Positions 10,207-20,440 are shown, counted from the first letter of the stretch. The stretch is DNA of 64,000 nt from Bacteroidota bacterium (GCA_021831685.1 JAKBMG010000199.1:2100-66099), one strand, 5' to 3'. Notes: generated from the letters alone by a model not told the origin. A program made the numbers and translations.

Positions 10207-11127
10207 TCAGATTTTAGAGGATATACTTTTTAATTCTTTTAACAAAAACTCATAAATCCGGGTTTGTGCATCGGATAGTTTATCGTCACTTTGTTCAATG
10301 AGACTTAAAAGAGATAAGGATTGAGAAATATAATTCAACGCTTCAACATTAATCTTTGTCGCATGGTTTTTTTTCTTAAGAGCATTTAGATGTTCCTTAA
10401 TGATTTGTAATTCGCCCCGTTCAACGGGACCCGACAAAGATTTTGCGGCACCGAATTTCTTTAAGTTAGATACTGTGGAAGATATAATAGGGATCATTAT
10501 TTTGCGGAAATCAGTCCCTTGTATTTTTGCATTTTCAAAAAGCTTTTGGGAGCTGAAATAATTCCCAATCAGAAAATTTGAAGCAAAAACTGCTGCCAAA
10601 TGATAAAATATTTTATTTCTACTTTTTAATTTGAAGGCAATTAAGTCGAGTTCTTCTGCGAGTGATAGTAGAATTTCTTCAGCTCGATGGCTTTTAGTTT
10701 CAATAGCTACATAAATTTTAGACAAGCTTACAATTTTTTTAGAAGGGAATGTTTGCATGATATGGAAAGATGCGGTCATTGCTTTTTTCTTATCTAACGC
10801 AGTTAAAACCTTAGCTGTATGCGCACCGGAAAGCTGAATGAAAATAGATTTTGGAAAGTTAAATTTTATTCCTGAAAGTTTCCTGGACATTAATTTTAAT
10901 TGGCTATCCGGTACGCATAGAAAAAAGACATTGCAACTCGCCGGTAAATCTTGAAGGTTATCGGAATAAAGGTTTATATTAAATTTATTTGCTAATATTT
11001 TTGCCGAAGAAATGCTTTTACTTACAACAATTGATATTATATATCCGGAATTAACTAAAGAATTAGTTAATGAGAAGGCAATTTTCCCCGCTCCAATTAT
11101 AGCTATATTGAATTTTATCTCAGACAA
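10207..11127 (-). CDS. Rossmann-fold / DUF2520-type putative oxidoreductase (ProC-like)
   Basis: N-terminal dinucleotide-binding motif IAIIGAGKIAFSL. The overall layout matches the short ProC-like proteins with a DUF2520 C-terminal half. Its start abuts the stop of amrB (11127/11128). Confidence 0.55.
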   Translation of the reverse strand: MSEIKFNIAIIGAGKIAFSLTNSLVNSGYIISIVVSKSISSAKILANKFNINLYSDNLQDLPASCNVFFLCVPDSQLKLMSRKLSGIKFNFPKSIFIQLSGAHTAKVLTALDKKKAMTASFHIMQTFPSKKIVSLSKIYVAIETKSHRAEEILLSLAEELDLIAFKLKSRNKIFYHLAAVFASNFLIGNYFSSQKLFENAKIQGTDFRKIMIPIISSTVSNLKKFGAAKSLSGPVERGELQIIKEHLNALKKKNHATKINVEALNYISQSLSLLSLIEQSDDKLSDAQTRIYEFLLKELKSISSKI

Positions 11128-11949
11128 CTAATCACCATAAATTACTGCGGAGAGATACCCAACAACCTGACTATCATCGCCAGAAGTGTCTCCTGAGTCA
11201 CTTCTATTAAGAATAAGCGATTTATTCTTACCGGAAAAAGCAGCTGCCTTCATCATTGCAACAATCGGTCCGCCGCCGCAAGCTTCACAATATCTATTCT
11301 CAAGATCTAGTTGCAATCCGTCAATATCAAAATCTCTGATTCTTTTTTCAACAATCGAATCGAGCAGGTTAGCTTCGTCTTTAGAATAGTAATGTGAAAG
11401 ATCAGAACTGGCTAAAATTATTGTTTCATCATCAATTACTTTTGAAAGTTGGTTAGCCAGGTCATCTATACTATTTTTTTTCTGATCACCCATTACAATT
11501 GGGACAATCTTGATGCCTGACAAAACCTTTTGCAGAAATGGAATTTGTACTTCGATTGCATGTTCTTCTTTATGCCCAACTGAACCAAAAAAAATGAAAT
11601 TGCTTCCTTTAATTAATCGAAGAGCAATTTCTTTATTTATTTCCACAATACCGAGCGGAGTTTCAAACGCATCGCCATCATAAATCGAAATACCATCAAA
11701 ATATTGCCGGTGGCTTGGTGCAATGATAATAACGTTTTTTATTTTTTTATCCTTCAAGGTATTGAAAGCAAATGCGGCTGTTTTTCCTGAATAAATGTAT
11801 CCGGCATGAGGTGAAATTATCCCGGTTACCGAAGTAAGAATTTGAGCTGGCTGAGAAACTGATAAGAGTATATCTAACTCATGGTTAAGTTTTTTGGGAT
11901 CAGACGAATAAAATGTCCCAGCAACAGCCGGTTGCCTAATTTTGCTCAT
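11128..11949 (-). CDS. amrB: AmmeMemoRadiSam system protein B (Memo-like)
   Basis: RQPAVAGTFYSSDPKKL followed by ISPHAGYIYSG and EHAIEVQIPFL, the characteristic Memo/AmrB motifs. Confidence 0.85.
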   Translation of the reverse strand: MSKIRQPAVAGTFYSSDPKKLNHELDILLSVSQPAQILTSVTGIISPHAGYIYSGKTAAFAFNTLKDKKIKNVIIIAPSHRQYFDGISIYDGDAFETPLGIVEINKEIALRLIKGSNFIFFGSVGHKEEHAIEVQIPFLQKVLSGIKIVPIVMGDQKKNSIDDLANQLSKVIDDETIILASSDLSHYYSKDEANLLDSIVEKRIRDFDIDGLQLDLENRYCEACGGGPIVAMMKAAAFSGKNKSLILNRSDSGDTSGDDSQVVGYLSAVIYGD

Positions 11950-12517
11950 GGGTCCTTTTCCGCTTTCCTTCTTCCGAAAAAACTGTTGCCGTGAAAGTTT
12001 TTATATCAAGAAAATCCGTCTCCCATGCATATGGTTCAATACCTGCTTTTTCGCAAAGTGCAGTTAAAAATTGTTGAATGTTGTAATTGTTTTCTTTTGC
12101 AACTTGAGGAAGTAGCAGAGCGCGATTAAATTTTGTATCGAGCACCAAGCCATGCTTGCCGATTTCAATTTGCTGGTAGCTTGAAATTGGAGTAAGCAGT
12201 GATAGAATCGATATTTCGATATTTACGCGCGAAAATTCTTCTTCACTTAGCGGATAGAATCGGGGATCGTTTGTAGAAGCTTGCTTTGCTGCCTCACAGA
12301 CGGTATCAAACAAAGTCATATTAGAGTTTATATATCCGATGCATCCTCTAAGCTTATTATTGACAGTTAATGTTACAAATGCTCCTGGACCAACTTGCCC
12401 AAGCTCTGGAAAATAATTGTAATCAACAACCGGGGTTGTTTTTTCTCCGAATAAAGATTGGATTGAATCCCGGGCGGCTAAAATTAAAATGCCTTTTTCT
12501 TCCTCAGTCAGTTCCAT
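11936..12517 (-). CDS. amrA: AmmeMemoRadiSam system protein A (AMMECR1 domain)
   Basis: GAFVTLTVNNKLRGCIGY and DPRF, the AMMECR1 signature. It overlaps amrB by 14 nt, which suggests translational coupling. Confidence 0.85.
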   Translation of the reverse strand: MELTEEEKGILILAARDSIQSLFGEKTTPVVDYNYFPELGQVGPGAFVTLTVNNKLRGCIGYINSNMTLFDTVCEAAKQASTNDPRFYPLSEEEFSRVNIEISILSLLTPISSYQQIEIGKHGLVLDTKFNRALLLPQVAKENNYNIQQFLTALCEKAGIEPYAWETDFLDIKTFTATVFSEEGKRKRTHEQN

Positions 12518-12541
12518 AAATCCCTCAGTGTTATTTTTAGA

Positions 12542-13369
12542 TTATTCTTTTAATGAGCAAACGAGAAGTTTTTCTTTCTCAATCAACAGAAAAATTAGCT
12601 CGTCTTTGACAAAAAAGGAATCCGGAACAAATGCGTTGACGCGAGCATTTAAAGTTACTTCAAAAATAGTCTTTTTAGAAAGAATATCAATAGCCGCAAA
12701 TTTATTTTCTAAACTGTTCCCATCGGTTGGTTTATGATAGCTTAACATTAGCAGGTTTTCTAAATTTACAAATTCTATTTTGCCTGTGATAAAATTGCTC
12801 TCATAAAATTCTTCTAAAAGAATTTTAGTTGAATCATTAATGTCTGCTTTTGAATCAAAATATTCTGGGAAAAAATATCCTTCATAATTTTGACGGCTAA
12901 TCGCCTCTTCACGCATTATATTCACAGAAAATGCATCTTCACCCAGTTCTTCAATCATTTCCCCGTTTCTATAATCAAGAGTATAGAATTTTCTTCCTTC
13001 AAACATTTGCCTGTAACCATACAATTTGTTTTCCAAAATAAACAGGAAGATAAATTCTTCGGTATTCCACAAGACTTTTTGCGTAATCGTATCGTATGCA
13101 ATTATGCCTATGTGCCCCGGCATATCAGGCTTAAGATATTTGTGAAAAAAAATTATATCTTTATAAATAGTTTCAATCCCAATCCAATACTTTTCATCAA
13201 GTTGAAGGTTACTGAATTTTTTTTTACCGGTATAGATATCAAGACAGTTAAAAAATGCTTCTTTTGTTTCAACGTTTCTATCTTCAATAATAATTTTGCC
13301 GGAATCTGTCGGAATCAATCTCCAGATTTGTCTTCTGTTTGAATATTCATATTCTTTTTTAATTTTCAT
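12542..13369 (-). CDS. hypothetical protein (DUF4905-like beta-propeller-type protein)
   Basis: 275-aa ORF with no signal peptide. The N-terminus (RRQIWRLIPTDSGKIIIEDR) resembles Bacteroidota DUF4905 proteins from memory. The family assignment is not verified. Confidence 0.45.
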   Translation of the reverse strand: MKIKKEYEYSNRRQIWRLIPTDSGKIIIEDRNVETKEAFFNCLDIYTGKKKFSNLQLDEKYWIGIETIYKDIIFFHKYLKPDMPGHIGIIAYDTITQKVLWNTEEFIFLFILENKLYGYRQMFEGRKFYTLDYRNGEMIEELGEDAFSVNIMREEAISRQNYEGYFFPEYFDSKADINDSTKILLEEFYESNFITGKIEFVNLENLLMLSYHKPTDGNSLENKFAAIDILSKKTIFEVTLNARVNAFVPDSFFVKDELIFLLIEKEKLLVCSLKE

Positions 13370-13380
13370 TTTAAGTCAGA

Positions 13381-14754
13381 CTAATTAATTTCTTCGAACT
13401 TTGCTGTAAAGTGACGAAGCATGGGAGCCTCATAAATTATCTTATAACCTTTTAGAGAATTTCTTTGCCTAAATACTTCTATAATAATTTCTAAAACATA
13501 ATCGATGTGACTTTGTGTATAAACCCTTCTCGGAACTGCAAGGCGAACTAATTCCATCGGTGGCGGAATGAGCTTTCCTTTTTTATCATACTTTCCAAAC
13601 ATAACGCTGCCTATTTCTACCGATCTTATTCCTCCTTCAATATACAATGCAGCAACGATTGACTGCCCGGGAAATTCTTCTGGCGAAATATGAGGAAGGA
13701 ATCTTTTCGCATCTAAATAAATTGCGTGCCCACCGGGCGGCTCAATTATCGGAACTCCTGCTGCCACTAATCTTTCACCAAGATATTCAATACTCCTAAT
13801 TCTGTATTCAAGATAATGTTCGTCAAGAATTTCTTCCAAGCCTTGTGCAATAGCTTCCAAATCGCGCCCTGCAAGACCGCCATAAGTCGGAAAGCCTTCT
13901 GTAACGATCAAAAGATTTCTACACAGCATTGCCAGGTTGTCGTCGTTTAGAGCAAGAAAGCCGCCGATATTTACAAGCGCATCTTTCTTAGCGCTCATCG
14001 TAACACCGTCTGCATAAGAAAACATTTCTTGAGCGATTTCAAGAGCCGATTTATTTGAGTAGCCTGGCTCCCGTTTTTTTATAAAGTAAGCATTTTCTGC
14101 AAAGCGGCAGGCATCAAGAAAAAGAGGAATTCCATATTTACTGCAAATTTCTTTTGTCTCTTTTATGTTTTTCATTGATACCGGCTGCCCACCTCCGGAA
14201 TTATTGGTAATTGTAATCATGCAGAAAGGAATATTTTCTTTCCCGGTTTGAATAATAAATTTTTCAAGTTTTTCAACATCCATGTTACCCTTAAAGTCGG
14301 CACGCACTTCCGGATGTTTGCCGGTTTCATTTAGCAGGTCAACTGCTTCAGCACCAGAGAATTCAATATTGGCGCGTGTTGTATCAAAGTGCGTATTGTT
14401 CGGAAAAAATTTCCCTTTTCCTCCGGTAATTGAAAAGAGTATTTTCTCAGCCGCACGGCCTTGATGAGTTGGGATAATAAATTTCATTCCTGTAATTTTC
14501 TTAACGGCTTCTTCAAACCTGTAAAAACTTTTTGAGCCTGCATATGATTCATCCCCGTCCATAATTCCAGCCCATTGTTTTGAACTCATCGCAGAAGTTC
14601 CGCTGTCGGTAAGCAAATCAATTAAAACATCATCTGCGCGAATTAGAAATGGGTTATAACCTGCCCGTTTTAGAATATCAATTCTTTCTTCCTTTGTTGT
14701 AAAGTGAATTGGTTCAACGGATTTTATCTTGAATGGTTCGATAATTGTTTTCAT
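13381..14754 (-). CDS. tnaA: tryptophanase (beta-eliminating lyase family, PLP-dependent)
   Basis: DLLTDSGTSAMS, PTHQGRAAE and the PLP-lysine region SAKKDALVNIGG. Specificity residues are tryptophanase-like rather than tyrosine phenol-lyase-like: FDTT (Asp where TPL has Thr124), RFAENAYFIK, EGFPTYGG, and LRHFTAKF (His where TPL has Phe448). Confidence 0.85.
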   Translation of the reverse strand: MKTIIEPFKIKSVEPIHFTTKEERIDILKRAGYNPFLIRADDVLIDLLTDSGTSAMSSKQWAGIMDGDESYAGSKSFYRFEEAVKKITGMKFIIPTHQGRAAEKILFSITGGKGKFFPNNTHFDTTRANIEFSGAEAVDLLNETGKHPEVRADFKGNMDVEKLEKFIIQTGKENIPFCMITITNNSGGGQPVSMKNIKETKEICSKYGIPLFLDACRFAENAYFIKKREPGYSNKSALEIAQEMFSYADGVTMSAKKDALVNIGGFLALNDDNLAMLCRNLLIVTEGFPTYGGLAGRDLEAIAQGLEEILDEHYLEYRIRSIEYLGERLVAAGVPIIEPPGGHAIYLDAKRFLPHISPEEFPGQSIVAALYIEGGIRSVEIGSVMFGKYDKKGKLIPPPMELVRLAVPRRVYTQSHIDYVLEIIIEVFRQRNSLKGYKIIYEAPMLRHFTAKFEEIN

Positions 14755-15068
14755 AAATTTATCTCAATTAATATTTTAAAATCCTTACCTTGTGAGTAAG
14801 ACGGATAAAGTTTGAAAGTAAATTTCATCAAAAATTGAGACCAAAACAACATCCAATCATTAACAAACTTACCTTCTCTCTTTGCTAATTTAATACTTGG
14901 ATAACAAAAGGAAATCTTAACTTAAGCAAGTAAAGTCATTCATTCCTAAGTGTATTTCTAAGAAAAGCTTCATTTCTCATCAAATTATTTTTATTGCTAT
15001 TTGAGAAAAGTTTAAATAATTTCTCATAGTCAATTCTTTTTCTTTCAATAATTTAAAGGAAATAAGAT

Positions 15069-15896
15069 ATGGATAACTTTGAACAGAACGGTGATCAAAC
15101 AACTCAGAATATTGAATCAAACGATGAAACCGAGTTATCGCACTCCGATAAAATGATTGGCATCTTTACAGAACCAGGGAAAACTTATGAAAATATTTCT
15201 AAATATCCGGTAAAGACAATCGACTGGTTTCTTCCCTTTGCACTTCTACTTGTTGTAGTTACTATAACACAGTTTCTACTTATGAGTAATAAGGAAATTC
15301 ATTTCCAAATTGTTGACAAGCAGATGACAAAAATCCAACAGAACTTTAATAAGTTAGTCTCTGAAGGAAAAATAACTCAGGAGGAAGCTGACAAGCAGAT
15401 TAGCACTATACAGGACAGAATGCAAAAATTTGGACCTTTGCAAATGATTTTAACTGTATTGGGTATTTTTATCGGCGGCTTTATAGTGTTTTTTATAATA
15501 TGTGGAATTTATTATCTCTTTGCTAAGTTTTTATTGAAAGGCGATGGAAACTACAGCTCTGTATTAGTCGCAAGCGGCTTAACTTCTTACATTGTTATTG
15601 TTCAGGTTATTATCGCGGCTATTTTAGCTTTCGCATTTGGAAGGCTTTTCGGCGACACAAGCGTTGCAGCCTTTCTTGATTCAGATAAGGCAACTCTTGC
15701 CGGATTTATTTTTTCTAAGCTGGATGTCTTTTCAATTTGGGTTTATATTGTTTTAAGTATCGGTTTGGCTAAAATGTTTAAATCAAAAGGAACGGCTCCG
15801 TATTTTGCAGTTGTCTTCGGAATATGGATTATAGGTGGGCTTTTGCTTTTCCTACTCGCAAATGCGGTACCATTCTTTAGTATGTTCAGAGGTTAG
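15069..15896 (+). CDS. Yip1-domain integral membrane protein
   Basis: Acidic N-terminus, then IFTEPGKTYENISKYP and five hydrophobic segments, with a soluble insertion after TM1. This is the architecture of bacterial YIP1-family proteins. Confidence 0.55.
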   Translation: MDNFEQNGDQTTQNIESNDETELSHSDKMIGIFTEPGKTYENISKYPVKTIDWFLPFALLLVVVTITQFLLMSNKEIHFQIVDKQMTKIQQNFNKLVSEGKITQEEADKQISTIQDRMQKFGPLQMILTVLGIFIGGFIVFFIICGIYYLFAKFLLKGDGNYSSVLVASGLTSYIVIVQVIIAAILAFAFGRLFGDTSVAAFLDSDKATLAGFIFSKLDVFSIWVYIVLSIGLAKMFKSKGTAPYFAVVFGIWIIGGLLLFLLANAVPFFSMFRG

Positions 15897-15915
15897 TAAG
15901 TTTTAATAATAATAT

Positions 15916-15939
15916 GAAGCCCACTGAAATGTGGGCTTC
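15916..15939. terminator. hairpin between convergent genes (possible bidirectional terminator)
   Basis: GAAGCCCAC-tgaaat-GTGGGCTTC, a perfect 9-bp stem between the Yip1 stop (15896) and the priA stop (15942). The flanking T/A runs are weak. Confidence 0.55.
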
Positions 15940-15941
15940 CT

Positions 15942-18407
15942 TTAAAATATGCTTTGCGGATCTATATCATAAATCAATTTTACATCTCTGTAACGAGATT
16001 TACGATTGAACTCGATATAAGAATTGACAACTGCCTTCCTCATTATTGCTCCTCCGGGATCGGTATCCTTAAAATTTCTAATTAAAATATGAAATCTAAA
16101 ATTTCTTTTCAATTTCGTAATTATCGCTGTTGTCGGCTGGGAAATTGTTAGCCATTTTTTGTAGTTGATTAGTTCTTTATAAAAATCCATGATTGCTCCT
16201 TTAGCTTTCTCTTCACTAACATCTTTTGTTTCGATTAAGCAGAGTCTTGAAAAAGGCGGGTAGTTTGTTTTTTCTCGATCTACAATTTCTTTTTGATAAA
16301 ATCCCGCGTAGTCATTCTGTAAAACTTTTTGAAGCGTAAAATAATTTTCATTTTGTGTCTGAATAATTACTTCTCCTTCGACTTTGCTTCTTCCGGCTCT
16401 ACCGGCAACTTGTGTGAGAAGCTGGAATGTTCTTTCATCGGCACGAAAATCAGGCAGCCATAATGTTGTTTCGGCTGAAATTACCCCTACCAAAGTTAAC
16501 CTTGGAAAGTCCAATCCTTTTGAAACCATTTGAGTGCCAACGAGTATGTCGATATTTCCCTTTCCGAATTCAAAAAGAATTTTACTTAAGGAAGATTTTT
16601 TTGAAATGGAGTCGGAGTCAACTCTTTTTATTACAGCGGAAGGAAAGTAAAAAGAAAGTTCATCTTCCACACGTTCAGTCCCCGTACCGAAATATTTAAT
16701 TGAAAGCGAACCGCAATTTGTACAAGCGTTGGGAATTTTTTTTATAAGCCCGCAGTAATGGCACTCGATAATATTTTGATTGATATGATATACCATCGGA
16801 ACGGAACAGTTATCACAAGTTTCTATTTCACCGCAATCTTCGCAGTAAATTTGAGTCGAAAAGCCTCTTCTATTTTGGAGGATAATTATTCCTTCCTTTT
16901 TCCTAAGCCGGTCTTCAATTTTATCCAAAAGAATATTAGAAAAGACATTTTCCATCTTTTTCTTCTTTCTCTCAATAGCAACATTAACGAGAGAAATTTT
17001 GGGAAGTTTGGCGTTATCAATTCTTTCTGGAAGCTCAAGTAATTTGTACTTATTGTTGAGCGCATTGTACATACTTTCTATCGATGGCGTAGCAGATCCT
17101 AGAATAACTGGGCATTTTGCAAACCTTGCGAGAATAATGGCGCTGTCACGTGCATTATATTTAGGTGCCGATTCAAATTGCTTGTAGCTTGCATCGTGCT
17201 CCTCATCCACGACAATAATTCCCAAGTTTTTTAGTGGGGCAAACAATGCAGATCGGGCACCGACTACAACTTTTGATTTTCCTTTTAGAATTTTACGCCA
17301 TGAATCATATCTTTCCCCCAAGGACATCCGGCTGTGAATTACAGATACAGTATCGCCAAAATTATTATATAGCCTTGACGTTATTTGCGGAGTCAAGGAA
17401 ATTTCCGGAACTAAAAGCAAAGCAGTTTTCTTTTGAGCCAAAGCTTTTTTTACAAGCTCAATATAAATCTGAGTTTTACCGCTGCCTGTTACACCGTGCA
17501 GAAGATAGGTTTGAAATCTCCCATCTGACAAATTTTGGGATACTTCATTTATGACTAACTCTTGCTGCCCACTTAAAACAAAATCAACAAGATTTTCTTT
17601 ATATTCCTCAGAATACTTTCTTTCAATCTCCTTTTCTACAACTTTAATTAAATTCTTTTCAACCAAAGAATTTATTGAAGTCGGGGAAGCTTCTGCCTTT
17701 TTAAGTAATTCCGCCTGCGAAATTGATTTAGATTTCTTTGAAATTAATTCTAAAAGAATTTTTACCTGCTTCGGTGATCTTGATTCTAAAGCAGGGAGAT
17801 GTGCGTAAACTTCACCAACAGACTTATTAAGTTCAACAAAAAGTGCAGTTTTAATTTTTACTTTTGCTTGCTCAATTTCATCAAGCACAGTAATTGCACC
17901 GTTCTTTTGAAGCGTATTGATAATAGAGTAAATATTTTTCTTTTTAACGTTTTTTTGAAGAAAGTTAAAGCTTAATTCGTCGCGTTCAGAAAGAATTTCC
18001 AAAATCTTTCCTTTTACACTTTCCTTTTTCTTCTCTTCCCGGAATAATTTTAAACAAAGATTTTTATCAGTGATAATCTTCTTTTTTGATTCAACGTCGG
18101 TGCCATATGGAACTGCTAATTTAAGGGCTTCGCCAAGTGACGATAAATAATAGTCAGACAACCATTGATAAAATTCTAAAGAGGTCTTTGAAAAGATTGG
18201 CTCGATATCAAGAACATCGGCTATAGATTTAATTTTCTCTAAATTCTCAGGCTTGCTGGTAATGTTAATGATAAAACCGGTAAGCGATCTTTTACCGAAT
18301 GGTGCTAATACCCTCACTCCAATTTGGGTAGAACTTTCGAGTTCCTCCGGGACTGAATAAGTAAAAGCATTCCTGAATGGTAAAGGGAAAACAATTTCAA
18401 CAAACAT
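15942..18407 (-). CDS. priA: primosomal protein N' (replication restart helicase PriA)
   Basis: Walker A GVTGSGKT, DEEHD box, a Cys-rich zinc-binding insertion (CEDCGEIETCDNCSVPMVYH...CHYCG...CTNCGS) and a helicase C-terminal domain. Confidence 0.92.
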   Translation of the reverse strand: MFVEIVFPLPFRNAFTYSVPEELESSTQIGVRVLAPFGKRSLTGFIINITSKPENLEKIKSIADVLDIEPIFSKTSLEFYQWLSDYYLSSLGEALKLAVPYGTDVESKKKIITDKNLCLKLFREEKKKESVKGKILEILSERDELSFNFLQKNVKKKNIYSIINTLQKNGAITVLDEIEQAKVKIKTALFVELNKSVGEVYAHLPALESRSPKQVKILLELISKKSKSISQAELLKKAEASPTSINSLVEKNLIKVVEKEIERKYSEEYKENLVDFVLSGQQELVINEVSQNLSDGRFQTYLLHGVTGSGKTQIYIELVKKALAQKKTALLLVPEISLTPQITSRLYNNFGDTVSVIHSRMSLGERYDSWRKILKGKSKVVVGARSALFAPLKNLGIIVVDEEHDASYKQFESAPKYNARDSAIILARFAKCPVILGSATPSIESMYNALNNKYKLLELPERIDNAKLPKISLVNVAIERKKKKMENVFSNILLDKIEDRLRKKEGIIILQNRRGFSTQIYCEDCGEIETCDNCSVPMVYHINQNIIECHYCGLIKKIPNACTNCGSLSIKYFGTGTERVEDELSFYFPSAVIKRVDSDSISKKSSLSKILFEFGKGNIDILVGTQMVSKGLDFPRLTLVGVISAETTLWLPDFRADERTFQLLTQVAGRAGRSKVEGEVIIQTQNENYFTLQKVLQNDYAGFYQKEIVDREKTNYPPFSRLCLIETKDVSEEKAKGAIMDFYKELINYKKWLTISQPTTAIITKLKRNFRFHILIRNFKDTDPGGAIMRKAVVNSYIEFNRKSRYRDVKLIYDIDPQSIF

Positions 18408-18416
18408 TTAATTCAT

Positions 18417-18965
18417 TTATTTTTTATAGAACGGAGCCAGCGGTCTGTAAGGATTATTCTTAAAGGACTCACTGAACATTTCAAACTTTAATATTTTTAT
18501 ATTTTTGTCCCACAAAATTCTTTTGAATTCTTTTGACATAACTATTACTCCGTTTGTGGAAAGCACACTATCGTCAAGCGCAAGGTTCAGATAATGAAAA
18601 CCGTCTTCATATCTGATATTTTCAACAGTGCTGATACTGTCAAACTTATATTCTCCTTGCCCGATAAGAATTCCGTCTTTAACAAAAAGTTTTCTGGAAT
18701 AAATATCTTTTCCTTGTTTCTTCTGCTGATCGACAAACTCTTTACTCTTCAACATAAATTGGAAAAGGTTATCCTTATCTTTTTGAAAATCATCCTCTGT
18801 CTCAGATTCGGAGCGCATATCGTAAGCAGTAACTATAGCATAACCTTTTTCCGGAGTATCCAGATGGACTTCGTAGCTGATTTTATGAAAAACCAAGCAG
18901 CCGTTTAGCGTTAACAAAAACACGGTCGAAATAATCAAAGCCGGAACCAAAATAAATTTTTTCAT
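18417..18965 (-). CDS. hypothetical lipoprotein
   Basis: Signal peptide with lipobox (VFLLTLNGC). I recognise no family motif. It lies 10 nt downstream of priA on the same strand. Confidence 0.5.
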   Translation of the reverse strand: MKKFILVPALIISTVFLLTLNGCLVFHKISYEVHLDTPEKGYAIVTAYDMRSESETEDDFQKDKDNLFQFMLKSKEFVDQQKKQGKDIYSRKLFVKDGILIGQGEYKFDSISTVENIRYEDGFHYLNLALDDSVLSTNGVIVMSKEFKRILWDKNIKILKFEMFSESFKNNPYRPLAPFYKK

Positions 18966-18973
18966 TTTTCACC

Positions 18974-20233
18974 TTAGATATTTTCGTCAAAAAAGAGATG
19001 TTCAAAAGATTCTCTGTTTTTAATAACCTTAAAATTAAAGCCCTCAACTAAAATTTCCGGTGGACGTCTCCTGGCATTATAATTTGAAGCCATCGCCATT
19101 CCATACGCTCCCGCAGACATAACAGCTAAATAATCTCCGCGCTTACTATCTTGGATATTTCTATCCTTAGCAAGAAAATCACCGCTTTCGCAAACGGGGC
19201 CGACTACATCAGCGATAATATCTTTACTATTATTATTAATTTGTACCGGTTGAATATGGTGATAAGCGCCATAAATACTAGGTCTAATTAAGTCATTCAT
19301 TGCGGCATCAACTATAATAAATTTTTTTTTATGATTTACTTTTGCATAAAGAACTTGTGCTACTAAAATACCGGCGTTAGCAGACAGGTATCTGCCGGGT
19401 TCAAGGAAAACCTTACAATCTAATTTTTTTAATATCGGAATAAGCGCTTCTGCAAATTCATGTGCGGAAAAAGTTTTTTCATTGTGATATTCAACTCCTA
19501 TTCCTCCTCCTAAATCAAAATGCTTTAGATTTATTCCTTCCGATTTAAGCACAAAAAAAACTTTAGATAGCTTTTCAACTGCTGAGACAAAAGGTTCAAC
19601 AGTAGTTATTTGAGAACCGATATGCATGTCAATTCCGGTATACTCAATATTTTTAAATCTATCTTTTTGTGTATAAAGTTTGATGGCAGAAGCTACATCA
19701 ACTCCAAATTTATTTTCCGCTAAACCGGTAGAAATATATGGATGTGTTTTGGGGTCGACATCAGGGTTGACTCTTATCCCAACACGCGCTGTCATATTTA
19801 AAGAGAAAGCTATTTCATTTATTAAAATTAGTTCTTCTTCCGATTCCGCTTTTATCATAAGCAAATCATTTTCAATAGCTAATTTTATTTCGGCGGGAGT
19901 TTTTCCTACGCCTGAAAAAATAATTTTATCATTACTCACACCAACTTTTAATGCACGAAGTAATTCACCTTCAGAATTTACGTCTACACCGCTTCCCATG
20001 TCAGTAAATATTTTTATAACGCTCAGGTTAAAATTTGATTTAACTGCATAGAAAATTGTGTGGTCTATTTCCTTAAAAGCCGAATTTAACTCGTTAAACC
20101 TATCGATAAAATATTTTTTACTGTATATATACACAGGTGTGCCGGTCTCTTTAAGGATATTTTTTAAGGAAATATCTTCGCAGAATAATTCATTATTATT
20201 GTAAGTGAAATATTCTGAGTTAAAATAATTCAT
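18974..20233 (-). CDS. lysA: diaminopimelate decarboxylase
   Basis: PLP-lysine motif YAVKSN, GGGIGV, and EPGRY/CESGD motifs of the group IV decarboxylase fold. Confidence 0.92.
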   Translation of the reverse strand: MNYFNSEYFTYNNNELFCEDISLKNILKETGTPVYIYSKKYFIDRFNELNSAFKEIDHTIFYAVKSNFNLSVIKIFTDMGSGVDVNSEGELLRALKVGVSNDKIIFSGVGKTPAEIKLAIENDLLMIKAESEEELILINEIAFSLNMTARVGIRVNPDVDPKTHPYISTGLAENKFGVDVASAIKLYTQKDRFKNIEYTGIDMHIGSQITTVEPFVSAVEKLSKVFFVLKSEGINLKHFDLGGGIGVEYHNEKTFSAHEFAEALIPILKKLDCKVFLEPGRYLSANAGILVAQVLYAKVNHKKKFIIVDAAMNDLIRPSIYGAYHHIQPVQINNNSKDIIADVVGPVCESGDFLAKDRNIQDSKRGDYLAVMSAGAYGMAMASNYNARRRPPEILVEGFNFKVIKNRESFEHLFFDENI

Positions 20234-20370
20234 TTCGATCCGGAAATTTGTTTTGATTTTAATTTAAGCAAAGATAAGAAAAATTCTTTTGAATCTTAAT
20301 GTTGCTGATAATATCATTTAAAAAATAGCATAAAAATTTTTGTGAAGATACCAAGCCAAAGCTTAAAATT

Positions 20371-20412
20371 AAAAAAGCGGGAGAGCAATTTATTTTAATT
20401 TGCTCTCCCGCT
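20371..20412 (-). terminator. rho-independent terminator
   Basis: AGCGGGAGAGCAA-N10-TTGCTCTCCCGCT, a 13-bp stem. On the minus strand it is followed by a T-run (A6 at 20371-20376 on plus). It lies just downstream of the small ORF that ends the TonB/TPR operon. Confidence 0.8.
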
Positions 20413-20440
20413 TCAATAAAAAACTAAATTTCAAATTCAA

